This document shows positions 24,403 to 38,606 of a stretch of DNA of 64,000 bases, piece after piece. Location: assembly GCA_001179505.1 (NCBI GenBank), contig CDMY01000007.1, forward strand, positions 62,001 to 126,000. The letters run 5' to 3'. The translations under genes and the position numbers were made by a program. The notes under the pieces were generated by a model, which did not search any database, was not told where the DNA came from, and saw only the letters and a list, made by a program, of their open reading frames with translations. Every line of letters starts with the position of its first letter. The first letter of the stretch is position 1. The stretch is from Vitrella brassicaformis CCMP3155. Lineage: Eukaryota; Protista; Chromerida.

Positions 24403-27400
24403 TGGACTGACGGCTGACAGTGAGGGAGGGATGTGCCAGCAATGCATGCGGATGGAGACACATGATGATTTCGATCATTTTTCGCCTTGTCTCTTGTGTG
24501 ACGAGAGTTTTTGGTGATGACATGTTGAACCTCTCAGTGGGCTGCAGGACATGGACAACCTCACGCGCACACTCGCTGGCTTCGATGCTGTCCATGTCCA
24601 GCAGCTTATCGAGGGGTTCAACATCTGTGATCGATTCGGGTCGTCGGTTTTGGAGCGCTAGTAGGCAGAATGGGAGGACGATGCGAGTCATGCGATCGAT
24701 GGATGGATGGATGGACTATTTTGTCGCGCATGGGCGCGAGTGAGTGCGTGTGAGGGCGTGTGTGGAGTCGTTACAACCACCCTGGCCAGAGTGGTAATAA
24801 TGCGATAGTTATCATCATGACTCGTACGTATGTGTCTGCAGCAGGCACTGATACAGGCAGGCAGGCAGGCAGGCCACCAAGAACGAGCGGTAAGGATAGC
24901 AAGCAGCATGTAGGAATTTGTGACGACAACATTACACTCATCCATCCATCCATCCAGAAGGTTGAAACTGACACAAACGCACCACACACAGCACAGCAGA
25001 GAGGCAGGCAGATACAGGCAGGCAGGCGGGAAGGCGTCATAGCATAGCAGCAGCTGAGGCCAGTCAATTAGCAGTGAGTGAGTGAGTCGTTGGTTGTGTT
25101 CAATCAACAGCGGCGAGGGAGGGAGTGAGCGAGTGGGTTTGTTCCAATCCAGCACGCCACACCCCAGACCCAACACCTCACCCCACACACCAAACATGAT
25201 ATCAGTCAGTGGTGCTCCTTCCTCCCCATCTCCCCCCTCCCTCCTTCCTCCTCCCTCTCTCCATCCATCCATCGCTTACGTAGAGAGCGAGACAGACACA
25301 CGGGCCCCGGACGTGGCGAGCATGTGGGAAAATCGGGCAGCCAGCCATTCGCCGTGTGTGTCACCCACCAGGTGGTGTCTCCGTGTGTGTGTGTGTGGCC
25401 ATTCCCATGTCAAGGCAAGCAGGAGAAGAAAAGAACCCAACCCGCCTCAAAAATGAAATGTATGAAATGTATGTGGTTCTTTCGGCTGGCTCCTCTCCTA
25501 TGCTGGATGGATGACGTTGGTATGCCTGCCTGGATGGCCGGCCGCTGACTGACTGCAGAGAGAAAAAAGACTTACTTATGTGCGAGGGAGTTGAGAGCCG
25601 CCGACGGCAGCTAGCCACAACACCCCCTCCCTGTCTCTCTCGTCGGGTGAATATGTGACATTCACACCCCCAGCCACGACCAATCAGATGAACAGGCCCC
25701 GCTCCGTCCCCACTGCCCAGAAGTGAAGTCCGCAGAGCGATTCTCTGACCGACCATGACCGACCGAATTGACAAACACCCGACGGCCCCCCCATCCGCCC
25801 ACCCGCTCCCCCCCTCCATCCATCCACCATCCATCCATCCGCAGAAAAACAACGAGGCGGCGGATATACACATCTCATATACAGCGACCAAACCTGACCT
25901 AGAGAGAAGGAGACAGAGGGAGGGAGGGAGGGAGGGAGGAGGGAGCGAGGGCAGCATTCGCTCGTCCGTCTTGTCTGTCTACATGACGCCTTCATGCCTG
26001 TCTGCCTGCCTGCCTGCCAGCAAGGGTGCGCCTGCCGTGTGAGCGATTAATTAGAGTGCGTGTGTCGTGTGTGTGTGCCGAAAGAAGAAGGGACGGTGGG
26101 TGGGGAAGGGTGGGTGGGTGGGCTGGGCGTGATGTCGGTGTCAGGCGCCTGTTCTAAAGCCGACAGGATGTGGCACCCCACACACACACATCAGACAGAC
26201 AGACTGCACACTCAGGCACCCAGGCGGGCCGGCCGGGACACGGCACGGCCCGACACGGGCACACGCACGCACATCAAGTCGGTCCGCCTGTCTGCCGGTA
26301 CCCCTCTCTCTCTCTCTCTCTCTCTCCCTCTCTGTGTCTGCACTGCACCCGCTCGCACGCTGCACACGAAGGCATAAGGCACGAAAGCATCCATCCAGGA
26401 AAGGTCGGTGCGTTGGTTGCCGGTCCGGTAAGTACATCTGGTCCTCTTCTCTCGTCTGTCTAACTGTGTACAAGAGGGTGATCCACACACAAATCAGTCA
26501 GTCAGCGTCAAGTAGTCTCAACAAGCAGTGGCCAGTCAGTTGCCGAGTCAGTCAGTGGTGCCACTGTGTGTGTGTGTGCGTGTGTGCATGCGTGTGTGTG
26601 TGTGTCATTCTGCTCTCCGCAGCTAGCTGTGTACATTTGGCGGGCAGGGCCGCCTCTCTGTGTGTCGGTCGGTCTTTCTTTCCCGCCCTCCCAGGAACCG
26701 ACCGATAGGGGTGAGTGAGTGGTTAAGTGGTTTAGGTGTACAATCAGTCAACAACAACTGTCCGGTGTGCAGTGTGTTTGCTCAGTGGCGTGTGTGTGTG
26801 TGTGGTCCCCCCATCCATCCACCCTTCTTACGGCTAAACCACCATCCATCCACCAACACACACACACGAACACACGCACACACACATGGGGGCGTTTGCA
26901 GACGGACAGACGGACAGGCAGACAGACAGACGGAGGGAGGGAGAGGGAGGGGGGCGAGGGAGGGAGGGGTGGGTGGGTGGGTGGATGTGTCATCCGCTAG
27001 GTAGTTACGATAGAGCCAGCCAGGGTGAGTGTGTGTATGCGTGTGTGTGTATTACGATAGACAGACAGACACACACACACACACATGAATGGTCAATATG
27101 AAGACACCCACACATCCACCCACTCACAGATGTACAGGCCGACGGACAGACAGACGGACGGGCGGGCGAGAAAAAGAAGGCGGCGCGGCAAGCCAAGCCA
27201 CTCGTGCGTGAGAGCGGTGCCTGCCAGCCAGTGGGTGGGTGTGGTTTGCTGTCCTGGTGTGTCTGGTCTGTCGTGTGTTGTGTGTGATGCCATCCATCCC
27301 TGTCCACTCAGAGGCGGGTTTCCACCATCGAGCGAACAGTGAGTGAGCGGTCATTTCGCAAGCAAGCAAACAGCCGGCCAGCCACGCGCAACGCAACACA

Positions 27401-28004
27401 ACACAACACAAGGCAAGGCACCACGGGACGGACGGCAGAAAAAAGGGTGGTCAGCAAGACAAGAAAGAAAAATCGGTCTGTCTGTCTGTCTGTGTGTCGT
27501 CGGTGTGTTGTGTGTCGTGTGTGATGTGCCGTTGTGCGGTGTGATGCCCTTCTGTCTGTCTGTGTGTCTGTGTGTCGGTGAATGAGCGGTATCCTCTTCT
27601 TCTTTTCTACAATCAATGAGGGTTATTGCCCGGCTGCCTGGCGAGTGGATGGCATGCGATTGATGGTGGAGAGAGAGGGGGTGAGGCCGTGCACGGGCCC
27701 ACCCCCCACACCACCACCACCACCGACACATCCCCTTGACGCACCAGGCAGGACGGACAGTGTCCAATTCAGCTAGGCTCGTCACCAATCAGTCAGTCAG
27801 TCAGCCAACTGCCCATCCATCCATCCATCCAGGAAATAAGCACATACACTCAAACAAACAACAACGGCCATCCAGTCAGTCGGCAGGCAGGCAGGCAGGG
27901 GAGAGAGAGGGAGGGAGGGAGGGAGGGAGGGACAGAGAGGGAGAGAGAGAGAGTTCTAAAACAGATGGATGGCCCAACCCACCGACCAACCAACCAACCA
28001 AGCC

Positions 28005-28304
28005 NNNNNNNNNNNNNNNNNNNNNNNNNNNNNNNNNNNNNNNNNNNNNNNNNNNNNNNNNNNNNNNNNNNNNNNNNNNNNNNNNNNNNNNNNNNNNNNN
28101 NNNNNNNNNNNNNNNNNNNNNNNNNNNNNNNNNNNNNNNNNNNNNNNNNNNNNNNNNNNNNNNNNNNNNNNNNNNNNNNNNNNNNNNNNNNNNNNNNNNN
28201 NNNNNNNNNNNNNNNNNNNNNNNNNNNNNNNNNNNNNNNNNNNNNNNNNNNNNNNNNNNNNNNNNNNNNNNNNNNNNNNNNNNNNNNNNNNNNNNNNNNN
28301 NNNN
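28005..28304. other. Assembly gap (300 N)
   Basis: N run in a microsatellite-rich intergenic region. Confidence 0.95.
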
Positions 28305-28532
28305 CCCCCCGCCCATCCATCCACCCATTCAGCCATTCACCTACGCTGTGCTCTTCTTACATCGAGACAATCCAATCCAGCCGGAGCACACACATACTTC
28401 GCCACCCCACCACTCACCCCAACCCACCGACCCACCACCCCAACCCAGGTATAGAAAAGTCAGTCAGACACACAGCCGGACAGCCAGACGGTCCACCAAC
28501 GCACCCCTCCCCTCCCGGCCCTCCCCTCCCTC

Positions 28533-31500
28533 CTACGCATTGCGCGCCTGAGGAGAGAAGAAGGTCAGCAGTGAGCCGAGGGGGCCGTGTCCACCGTGGG
28601 GCGGCCCCGCCGCACCACCCGCAGCAGCAAACGCAGCGTGTTGCTGCTGCTGGTGTGGGGTGGGGTGCGGAACGGGCTGCACCATCCCGGCCATCCCCAC
28701 CCCCACCGTCACCCCCGCAATGCCACCCGGCCCGCCGTGCTGCTGCGGCTGCTGGGGGATGCTCTGCGTGGGTGTGGGTGCCACCATCGCCGGTGGCCCG
28801 TCCGTACCCGCACTGGGGAAGTAGGCAGGCTTGCTCTGCGGGACGACGGTAGCGTTGGTGGCGGGTGCGGGTGGTGTGGGTGTGTATGCGAGTGGGCCCG
28901 ACCCGAGCCGGCCCCATAGTGCGGATGGGAGACCGGGACGCATGGGCGGCGAGTAGGGCTGTGTGTGAGCGGTGGGTAGCTGCGGCGAGTAGGGCATCAT
29001 GACGCTGGGCGGGAGGGCGGTGGTCTTGTCATGCGCCGTGATGCTGGGGATCATGTGTGGCGCCAGAGCCAGATACGCATTGGCGGCACTGGCGTCGCTG
29101 TGCTCCACCCCCATCATGGCATGGTCACTATCGCTCGCTGCTGCCGGCCCACCCCCGCCCCCTCCCTGCCCCCCTCCCCCACTGCTGCCGTCATTGGCCT
29201 GGCTGGGAGGGTGCGAGCCGTCGCCGCCCTCCATGGAGGCGTCGGGGTTGCCGTCGGTCTGCCCGCCGCCACCATTGCCGCCCCCACCGCCACTGCCACT
29301 GCCGGGATTGTTGTTGCCGCCCGGCGCGGGGGCATCCGAACCTTCAATGGGCACATCTGGGGAGTGAGTGGGGTGGGGTGCACAGGCGAAATGGTCATGT
29401 GGTGTGGATGAGGACCTGTGCGGTGCGGTCTGTTTCTGTTTGTGTGTGCGTACCTCCGGGATTTTCTTCGATGGATAGCGAGATGGCACTGCGACCAACC
29501 TGCACCGACACGGGCGCTGCAACCACACACACAGACAGTCAGACGTATTCAAGAAAACATGGAGTTCCTCTCTGTATGTGTGTGTGTGTGTCCGTGTCCG
29601 TGTGTGTGTGTGTATGGTCGCTTACAGTCTACGTCTACGACGTGTGACTTCCGAATGGCCACGAGCGTCCCAAACTTGGAATTGTGATCCTCCAACACAA
29701 AATTGTCTGACACACATCATCCACCAGTCATCACATCAACCAACAGACACACACACACACGTCAAGCTTGACGCCCATCGCCATGTGGGAATGTGCTGTG
29801 CGGTGGTGTCCAGTAAGTATACCGTTGACGAATCGGATGGTGGCGTGATATCGTGATATCGACACATCGGCTATGCGCACGTCGGACTCGTGCCCGCGAC
29901 CCTACACAGCACAACCACAACACAACACGGTGTGTGTGAGTGTGGGTGTGTGTAGGGAAGGAAGATACCAGTTTGAGTATCTTCTTCTCCGCCATGCTGA
30001 TCACGTGCAGCCCCCGATTCTGCTGCTGCTATCACCAACACACACAGACGCATACACACTGATGAGTGAGTGCTTGGTTTCTCTGTCTCTCTGTGCGCGT
30101 GTGATGTGCGTATGGGTGTTACATATCCGTGCCTGCGAGGGGCTGACGAGGTTCTCCAGTACGATGAACGGCGGCTGAGTGTTAGGCACCTGGACTATCT
30201 GCAACTTCTCTGTGGGCCATCGGTGGGGGTGGAGGGTGGGAGATGACAGACACGCATCGCATGGCACACAGGAGTGGATGTATGTTATGTGTGCGGTGGT
30301 TGTGTGTGGTGTGTGGTTGTCTTGTCTTGTCTGTGGCTGTGTGTGTCTGTGTAGGTTACCTACCTCCATTGGCCATGCCGGCGGGTGGGAATGCGGTTTT
30401 GCAGAGCTCGCACTGCTGCTGCTTGTAGAAGAACGTGCTGCCGCTGTTGTCAGACTGCTGCACCAACACGACACATACACGGAGGGAGGGAGGGAGGGAG
30501 GGATGGATGGGACGGATTAACACACAACACAACAAAACACAACACAACGCAAGGCAACGTGTCGCGTCCATCCATTATGGATGTGTGTGGCAGTCAGTGC
30601 CATGTGTGTGCATGTCATGTGGTGACTGACGCCGTTGTTCTGCAGCCGTCCTTTGATCCAGTGGCGCAGGCAGTTGATGTGCACAAACTTAATCGAACCT
30701 GACAGACACGAACAGGCAGGCAGGCACCTTGCTTGCCGTGCGTGCGATGCTTGCTATGGATGCTATGCTGTGGGTACCCACCCTTGCATTCGCACGGTGC
30801 GACGAGTGGGTCGTCCTCATTGGGCCCCTCCAACAAACAGATACGGCACTGCATCTGCTTCAAGTCGTCACTATACCACGACACCGACACACACAGAGGG
30901 AGGGAGGGAGGTGACACGACACAAACACGACAGAGACATTGCACCGAAGGTGGGTGGTGAGACGGCAGGCAGGCAGGCAGGTGCCCAAGCTGAGTTGGGC
31001 TCACTCACTCACTCACCCGGGCGCGCCTCCCACATCTGGCACATCGCTATCGTCCAACCGCAACTCCTGCACACAACACACACACACACACACGTGGTCG
31101 CCTTAACCTGTGTGGAAGTCTGGTGTGGTCCCTTGCGTACTCTGCTCACCGGCTGCACGTCTCCGCTCTTGACGCACTGCCGCACGCGTAGTTTGAATCG
31201 TCCCAGTTTGATGACGTCGTTCTCCTGGATGATGTGGCCCGTCGGCTGCAGGTCCTTGACAATCAGCCACAGCTTCTTCGGGTTCGTGCTCTGCGATCCC
31301 GAACGCTCAGCCGGAACCACCTGAAACTTGCCTGCAGCCAGCCAGCCACACGACACACACACAACGCAACATGCCAGGTGGCGGTGCGGAGGGACGTGCC
31401 TTCGTATGCAGATGCGCGCGCGCGCGCGCGTGTGTGTGTACCATTTTTGTCGGAAACGAATCTGACTAGGTAGTCAGCATTTGTGGGGTTGGCGACGCCC

Positions 31501-31820
31501 TCTGGGATGAGCTGGATGTCGGTGCCGCTACGGAAGGCCTTCATGGGCCGCTGGATGTAGAAGGTCTTGGTGTTGACGTGCCGCGCCTCATAGTCAAACA
31601 GGTCGTGGCTATCACGCGCCCAGGTCGTCGTCGTCACCTTCAAACTGAATGACACACACACATCCATCCACCACGGACCGGACAGAGATTTAAAGCGGCA
31701 AGGAACGAACACACATCACATTGCCCCCCACCGACACCCTCGCGGCTCTTTTCGCCCCTCTGTGGCTCACGTGGGCATCTCTCGCTGCTGCTGTTGCTGC
31801 TGTTGCTGCTGCTGCGGCAT
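28533..31820 (-). CDS. FHA-like / RING-variant (C4HC3) / FHA protein, putative E3 ligase
   Basis: Start MPQQQ..EMPT, then TWARDSHDLFDYE, ENDVIKLGRFKLRV, CRICLLEG..DDPLVAPCECKG, SIKFVHINCLRHW and CELCK. The FHA core is GHESDVRIADVSISRYHA and HNSKFGT. It ends in a Pro/Gly-rich tail. Confidence 0.85.
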
Positions 31821-32836
31821 TTAGAAACAAACAACGTCCGTCACTTCCAAACGAGCCGGTGTGCCGAGAGGGCGACACACTCAGGGAGGGATGGACCTCA
31901 CAGCACACCACAGCACAACACACACGAGGGTCGACGGGGTCTCGCACTCTCGTCCGTCGTCCGTCAGGCCGTGCTGCCGTCGGCAGTGTGGTAGTTTGTC
32001 AGAGAGAGGGTGAGGTAGAAGGTGAGATAATCAGGCAGGTGTTTGGAGGTGAGGACCTCCGTGACGCTCACCACATCGCACCGCCCTCCTCAAAGTTTCA
32101 CAAGGTGCGAGTTCAAGACCGTCGAGTGGATCGCTGTCGAGGATTCGAGAAGGGGTTTAGATTCTTCCTTAAAAGAACCACGTTCCTGTTGTCGCCTTTG
32201 CAAATGCCTCCTTCGGTTGAGAGACCGCAACGCCCACGACAGGACCGAAGAAGTTGATGCAGCTGTGCAAGGAGGGGCGGTGGCGGCTGTCCTGGTGGTA
32301 GTAAGGCCTCTCGAGGCTTATCGACGTCTCAACTGCACTTCTGAGCGAGGAGGGTGATATCGCTCGTCTGTCCGTCGGTCAAAGCAGGAGTGAAGCGAAG
32401 CAATTCGAAGCGCAGAGTGTTGAGTGCGTCTGAGAAGTGGCTGTCTGTCTCTCTACTGACTGTCTGAGTTAGCTGGGACACACTGACTGACTGGTGGTGC
32501 GGAAGGAAGAGGCAGTGAATGAGATTAAACCAGCAGTCAGAGTCAGATGGCACATCACATTCGTATGTGCACAGCAGACAGACAGACACACATGAATCAA
32601 CCATTCATTTAACATCCCCACAGCACAGCCAAAGCCAGACCACCTCCACCCAAGCCACACGCACCACACGCAACGCATCGCATCAATCAATCGTCACAAC
32701 GCCCGCCACGTATGTGAGCTGCCTTCTAGGACGCACAATGGCTGGCTGGCTGGCTGATCCGCATCGAGGCACGTTTGCATCACCGACAGTGTCAAGACAC
32801 CATTATGCAAGGCAAGGCACGTGTCTGTCTGGTTAG

Positions 32837-35800
32837 CTAGGGCGGCACTTGGGGGTCGGCAGGAGGGGAGGGTTGGAAAAAATCAGCCAGAGGGTACAAC
32901 GCATGGCACGACGACTGCACACAGACACACACACACACACACACACGAACGATGACAGCGACGTCGCCATAGACAGGCAGGTACACAACACACTTTTCTC
33001 ATCATCACCTTGAACGTGTCGGCGTATGATTGCAGCTGGGGCTCTGCCTGCAGGAACTCAAGCATCTTGATGCAGTCCTGTACAGCACAGCACAGCACAG
33101 CACACACACATCCATCCATCCACAACAGACAGCACAGCGTCAGGTCAGGGATGCATGTGCCGGCACGGTAGGTGCGGAGGGTAATTAAGGCGCTACAATG
33201 TTTGCTTACCCTGAGTGTGCCATCCCTTGGACTGAGTGTCTCCAGGATCCCCTTGCACAGCGCACTGTCACCCGACAGACGCGCACCGCCATTCCTCAAC
33301 ACACACAAACCTAAGAGAGCACAGAACACACACATACTCTCGATATATCCGATCCACACACAACCAACCAATTGCACACCGCTTTCTGTCTCCCTGCCTA
33401 CCGGCTCTCTTCATCTTGATCGACGGCGCCGCCCCCAGCTTCTCGGCTGCAGCCGTGGCGAACCTAGCCCCCGCATCCCTCAGCTGATCCACAGACATAC
33501 CGCCCCCATCGCTGGCTGCTGACGGGGCGGGGAGGAATGGCGGCGGTAGGAGGGGCGCCAGCTCGCTGACCAGCACGGACCGGACCTCATCTGAGAGGCC
33601 GGGAGGGGGGGAGGGGGCGGGAGAGGGAGGAGGGGCGTCGGTGTTTGTCTGGTCGGCATTCACGCACACTACAGATGGATGGGGACAGACAGCAGGGATG
33701 CATATGGCCAGTGTGGTGTTATAGGGATGGAGTCAGGTGGGAAGGTGGGTGGCCCAGCTGGCTGACTGACCATTATGTGTGAAGTCAGCGAGGAGTGGGG
33801 CCAGCTTGTGGTTGAAGGGGTCGCGCTGACAGAGCTCCCACAACCGACGAAGCGCACGCAGCTGCAGCAAGGGCATGCCTGCACACACCCACACCACACC
33901 ACACCACATTGCACCACGTCCATGTGGTCGCTGTGCGGGAGTATGTTGTCGCGTTGCTGACGTACGTCTCGTCTTGTGAAGTCTGTAAGCGAGTGCATGT
34001 GTCGTTGGGTCGAGGCTGCAGTGCTCCTGCAGTGTGGCGGCGATCTTGGTGGCCTCCTCTATGGGATCCTTCTCAATCAGCTTGGCGCCGTGGGGGTCGT
34101 CGTCGACACGACGCTTGCCTGTAGATGGGGGGGGACACACGACACACAGAGACATGGCCATCCCTTGTGTGTGCGTGGCGCGTGTGTCGGGGCCCCCCCT
34201 GCTCACTCACTTTTGACTTGTGTGGTTGTTGCAGTCTTCTCCTCAGCGGCACTGCTCGACGCCTCCGCCTTCTTGGCCTGCATGCCATGGCATGGGCCAA
34301 TGAATGCATTAACCGAAGAACACCATATATAGGATGAACGGTTTTCCTGTGCCCCTCTGTGTTGTGCTGTCTGCCTGTCTCACCTCTTTCTTGAGTTTGT
34401 TCTTGAGTCGTTTCCTCTCTGCCGGCGTGAGTGCCTCCTCCTCGGCCTTGGGGGCCTCGCTCGACTCGCTGGCACCAGGCTTGCCCTGACAGACAGACAG
34501 ACAGATGCGCGAACAGAGGGCGAACAGAGAGGGATATGAGTCGTATGTGTGTGGGGGGGTGGGTGGAGTCTGTGTGTGTCACCTTCTCTGAGTGGAGGAA
34601 TAGGTAGAGGTCGATGAGCTGCTTGGCGGCTCGGCGGAAGAACCTGATGGACAGAGAGAGGAGAGAGAGACCCGAACACGCGTGCATCCATTCACTGCCT
34701 GCCTCGCTCCAGTAGTTGTCACTCACTTGTGTGAGTAGAGTCTGTCCTCCATTCTGAGGAAGGACAGGTAGGTGCGGTTGCTCATCTTCCGCTGACAGTA
34801 TCCGTGGAAATCAAACTGATATATGTCACAAACACACACACACACAGACACACACATACACCACAACACATTGCATTCATTATGTGTGGCGGGGTCGGGG
34901 GGCATGTGTGTGTGTCTTGTGCCGTGCCATGCCTGGTCCTCTCTGAAGTCGTTGAGGTGGTTGACGATTCGGTGGAAGTTCTTGAGCGCCCGCGCATAGT
35001 CATGCACACGGCGATACGCACGACCGATTTCATACTCAAACCTGACAGCACAGCAGTCACATAATATCTCAGACTGACTGTCTCTATCTCTGTGTGCCTC
35101 TCCTACCACATGCACTGCATGTCGAAAAGGTTTGGCGTGGCGTCGCTGTCCTGCTCCTTCGAAAACAACAGAGCCGTCGACAGCGCCTTGACACACACAG
35201 AGAGAGAGCCACACACATTCCCATGAGTAGGCTGCCTACCGCACGTCAGTCTGTTTGTGTGTGTTGTCGCCGGCCGGACTGACCTGTTGTGTCTTGTTGA
35301 TTCTGAGGAGGTATTTGACGCTCTTGGTGTTGAGGAACCGATCGGCCAAGTCCAGCTGGCGAGCCTGCACGAGCACGGTAGGGAGGTCCCGCCTTCGACA
35401 TGCCATGTCTCTTGTGTCTGCCTACCTCTTCCGCGAGCTCAGATGCCCTCTCGAAGGCGCCTGCGTGTTTGCAGATTCGCGCCTGCACCGACAAACACAG
35501 ATGCGCACATGTGCGCGACCACGTGTGCTGTGTGTGTGTAGCTAGCTACCTACCTACCTTGATGGAGTACAGGTCGACGAGCGTGGGTGTGTGTTGGATG
35601 GCCTTGTCGATCCACTCGAGGGCCTCAGACGTCCTCCCCATGTAGTCGGCGTGCTGGGCCAGAATCGTCAAAGTGAACAGATACGACAAGGGAAGCTCTG
35701 CACACAACACGCCCAACACACACGAGTAAATCACGGAACAGACTTTGTTTCACTCACTTCACCTGCTCTTATTTTGCCTTTCTTGCGTGCCTTGCCCACC

Positions 35801-38606
35801 TTCTTTCGGTGTGGCGTTGTTTGCGTCACCGGCATCGGTCGGCAATCCTGCTGGCGGTCCGAAAGTGGAGGGTGTGGCCTCGAGGCTGCGCAGGTATCCC
35901 GTGAGCAGCTGCTCGACGAAGGCCCCCTTCTCTGGCGTGTAGAAGCACTTGAGCAGGTTGAACAGAGACGGGATGCCCTTGCGGATGCGGGGACGCAGAT
36001 ACTCATCCAGCCTGACAGACACGGAGGGAAACAAACCGGAGTGTGTAAGCTTAGTAGATGCGATGGATTGGGGATTTTGCAGGTAGGTAGGACCTTTTGG
36101 CGAATCTGTCTCCCTCTGTGAAGTAGAGCGGCAGCCTCCGGACGACATCGCTCTTGGGGTACTGTTGCCTCAGCGCGTCATAGAAGCCGCACACCCTCTC
36201 CTGCTGCTCGTCCGTCAGCCGACCCACACACTCAAACCGCCGACCCGACACGGCCTTCCTCCTCTTCCAGTGGGGCCGGTGGTGGATGTCGTCCGTCCCA
36301 TCCAGCCCCTCCCCACCATCACCCCTCCTGCCTGGCCCACCCTCCAGCAGCTCGCTGGGCGCCTCCAGCCACCCACACAAAGGCTTGCCCAACGGATGGA
36401 TCGTCTTGGAGAACAGACGTATCCGCCCGACAGAGAAGGGTGTGGGCGCAGAGTGCCCGGAGGTCTCGCTGCCCTGCCCGGACGCGTCTCGTTGTGAGTC
36501 GCTGTCTGGGGCGGGTGCATCGGTGGACGGGGTGGGGGGCGGCACCATCGACTGTGGGGATGCTGCTGGGGGTGCTGTTGGCAGGCAGTATGAGAGGTTG
36601 TCGCACTCCTTGGCTGCTAGGGCGGGGGGTGGCTGCTCACATTGGGGGCCGTTGGGTAAAGCCTCACGCACCTTCTTCTTGGCCCTGCCTTTCTTCTGCT
36701 CACACAGCACACACAAAGAGGCGGAATCCACGCCATACTTGGGCGCCAGGTCAGGTGTGAGTCGTGGGTACCTTGCTGTCTGGCGGTTGGACGGGGTCGC
36801 CTGGCGGGGGGGGCGGAGGGGAGATGTCGTGCAGCTGCACCGTGGCGGCCTGGAGGCCCAGGGCATAGTCTTCATGCTCGGGGCAGGCCTTGAACAAATG
36901 ACTGAGCCGACAGTGACAGGCAGTTGTGTTGTTCAGGCAGATTATTTATGATCGGTCGGGTGTGTGTGTGTGTTGCGGACGGACGTGTATGCGGCATGAG
37001 CGTCGTCGAAGTTCCTGAGGTAGAGGGACAGCCGGCCAACCGTCTCGTAGTAACCCACTTTGTCAGGACACCTCCTGGGTCAACACAACACATACACATA
37101 CACAGACACAGACACATACACAGACACAGACACAGACACAGACACACAGAAAGCCCTCCCTCCCTCCCTCTAATACCCTTCTCTGAGTTGTTCTGTGAGG
37201 TAGTCGATGGCCTCCTCATACCGGCCGCTCTCCTCCAGCACCATCGCCTTGTACATGCTCACCTGACAAGAACAGCATACGACAACCAGATCAGGCCAGG
37301 CACACAGGCGTCTACCCCGTGGCCCACCCATCCATCCCCTCTACCTCTCCTGCATCGTATGCGTCGATGGACTCGCTGTCGTCTTTGAAGGTCTTCTCGT
37401 GTTCCTCCAACACACCCACTGCCGCGTCAAGCGACCCGCACTGACAGACAGATACACACACAGGCAGCCAGCCAGCCAGCCAGGCGGGCGACTGTGTGGG
37501 CTCGGTAACAAACACAGAACGACTAGGCGTTGACTGACTATCGACACGTACCAGGTGGTGTGCGAGAGCGAATGTGGTCCAGTTGAAGCGGAGGGCGGGC
37601 TTCAGGCTCAGCAGTTTACGACGGGTCTCGCGAAACCCCTCCTGCAGATCAGATAGACACGCAAGCACGTCAGTCACTTCTCTCCGTCTGTCTGTGTGGC
37701 TGACCGACCAGTTGTCTGATGTGTATTTGGAGGTTGGAGAGGTCTCTCATGATGGTGAAGTTCTCAGGCTCGATGCGGAGGGCCTGACGGTAGCACTTGG
37801 CAGCCTCCTGGTAGTCCCTGCGACACACACACACCCACACACACACAACACATCAGCCACAGCCGACGGACGGCATGCATCAATCTGTGTGACGCCCAGT
37901 GCGGAGTGGTGTGTCCGCCGCTTACTTGTCCTGTCTGTAGAGGATGCCCAGCGCATGCCAGCACACCTGACTCTTGACGTCGCAACGCAGTCCCTTAACA
38001 CACACGCAATGAGGAACAGCAGCCTCCGGTCAGCACCTTGGCATCTCATCTGCTCGTCTGTCCATCCACCTTTTTGCATAGTTCGTATGCCTGGTCCTTC
38101 TTGTCCATGTTGCTCATGGCGAGACCCTTCATCGACAGGGTCTCTGTCACATAGTCACACCCTGGATGCTGCTTGCAATGCGTGTGAGTGTGGGAGAGTG
38201 TGTGCTGACCTCCGTGCTCGGGGTACTTCTTGAGGATCTGGTCGGCCAGCTTGACCACCTTCTTGTGCTGCTTCGCCTCGTACAAGCGCTGCAGACACAG
38301 AACAGCAACAGCACACACACAGGGAGAGGGAGGCCAGTGAGTGGACAACAACTAGTGATTGCCACATGCATGGCATGCAGAGACACTCAGGATCAGAAAC
38401 CAAGAGACGCAGCCACCGAGGACCCGCCAAGGCAGCTTACAGCATGCACCACGAGGTCTCGCTGCGTTGACTGCCAACCGATCTTTCCTCCCTGGCTGCC
38501 TGGCCTGGCTGGTGTAGCTGTCTGTCATGTGCACAGTGCTGACCATGATGCTCTTGAAGTGCGCCCCCTCCTTGGCGGGCAGCGGCTGGCTGCTCTTCTG
38601 ACTCAT
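32837..38606 (-). CDS. NAA15: NatA auxiliary subunit (N-alpha-acetyltransferase 15/16, TPR protein), many introns
   Basis: N-terminus LPAKEGAHFKSIM..YEAKQHKK..ILKKYPEHGETLSMKGL, then CWHALGILYR, YPKSDVVRRLPL, IRKGIPSLF, AIQHTPTLVDLY, DPHGAKLIEKDPIEEA, and C-terminal CHALYPLADFF. Confidence 0.93.

Noticed and set aside
24395-24691. Minus-strand 98-aa ORF with unique-looking sequence convergent on LPAAT
   Set aside because: There is no recognisable motif and no linkable start exon. It may be 3' UTR or a remnant.
31414-31440. (GC)n(GT)n alternating tract with Z-DNA potential in an intron
   Set aside because: It is unremarkable against the genome-wide microsatellite background.
31721-32400. + ORFs upstream of the FHA gene
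   Set aside because: They lack coding signatures and are more likely the promoter or 5' UTR of the minus-strand FHA gene.
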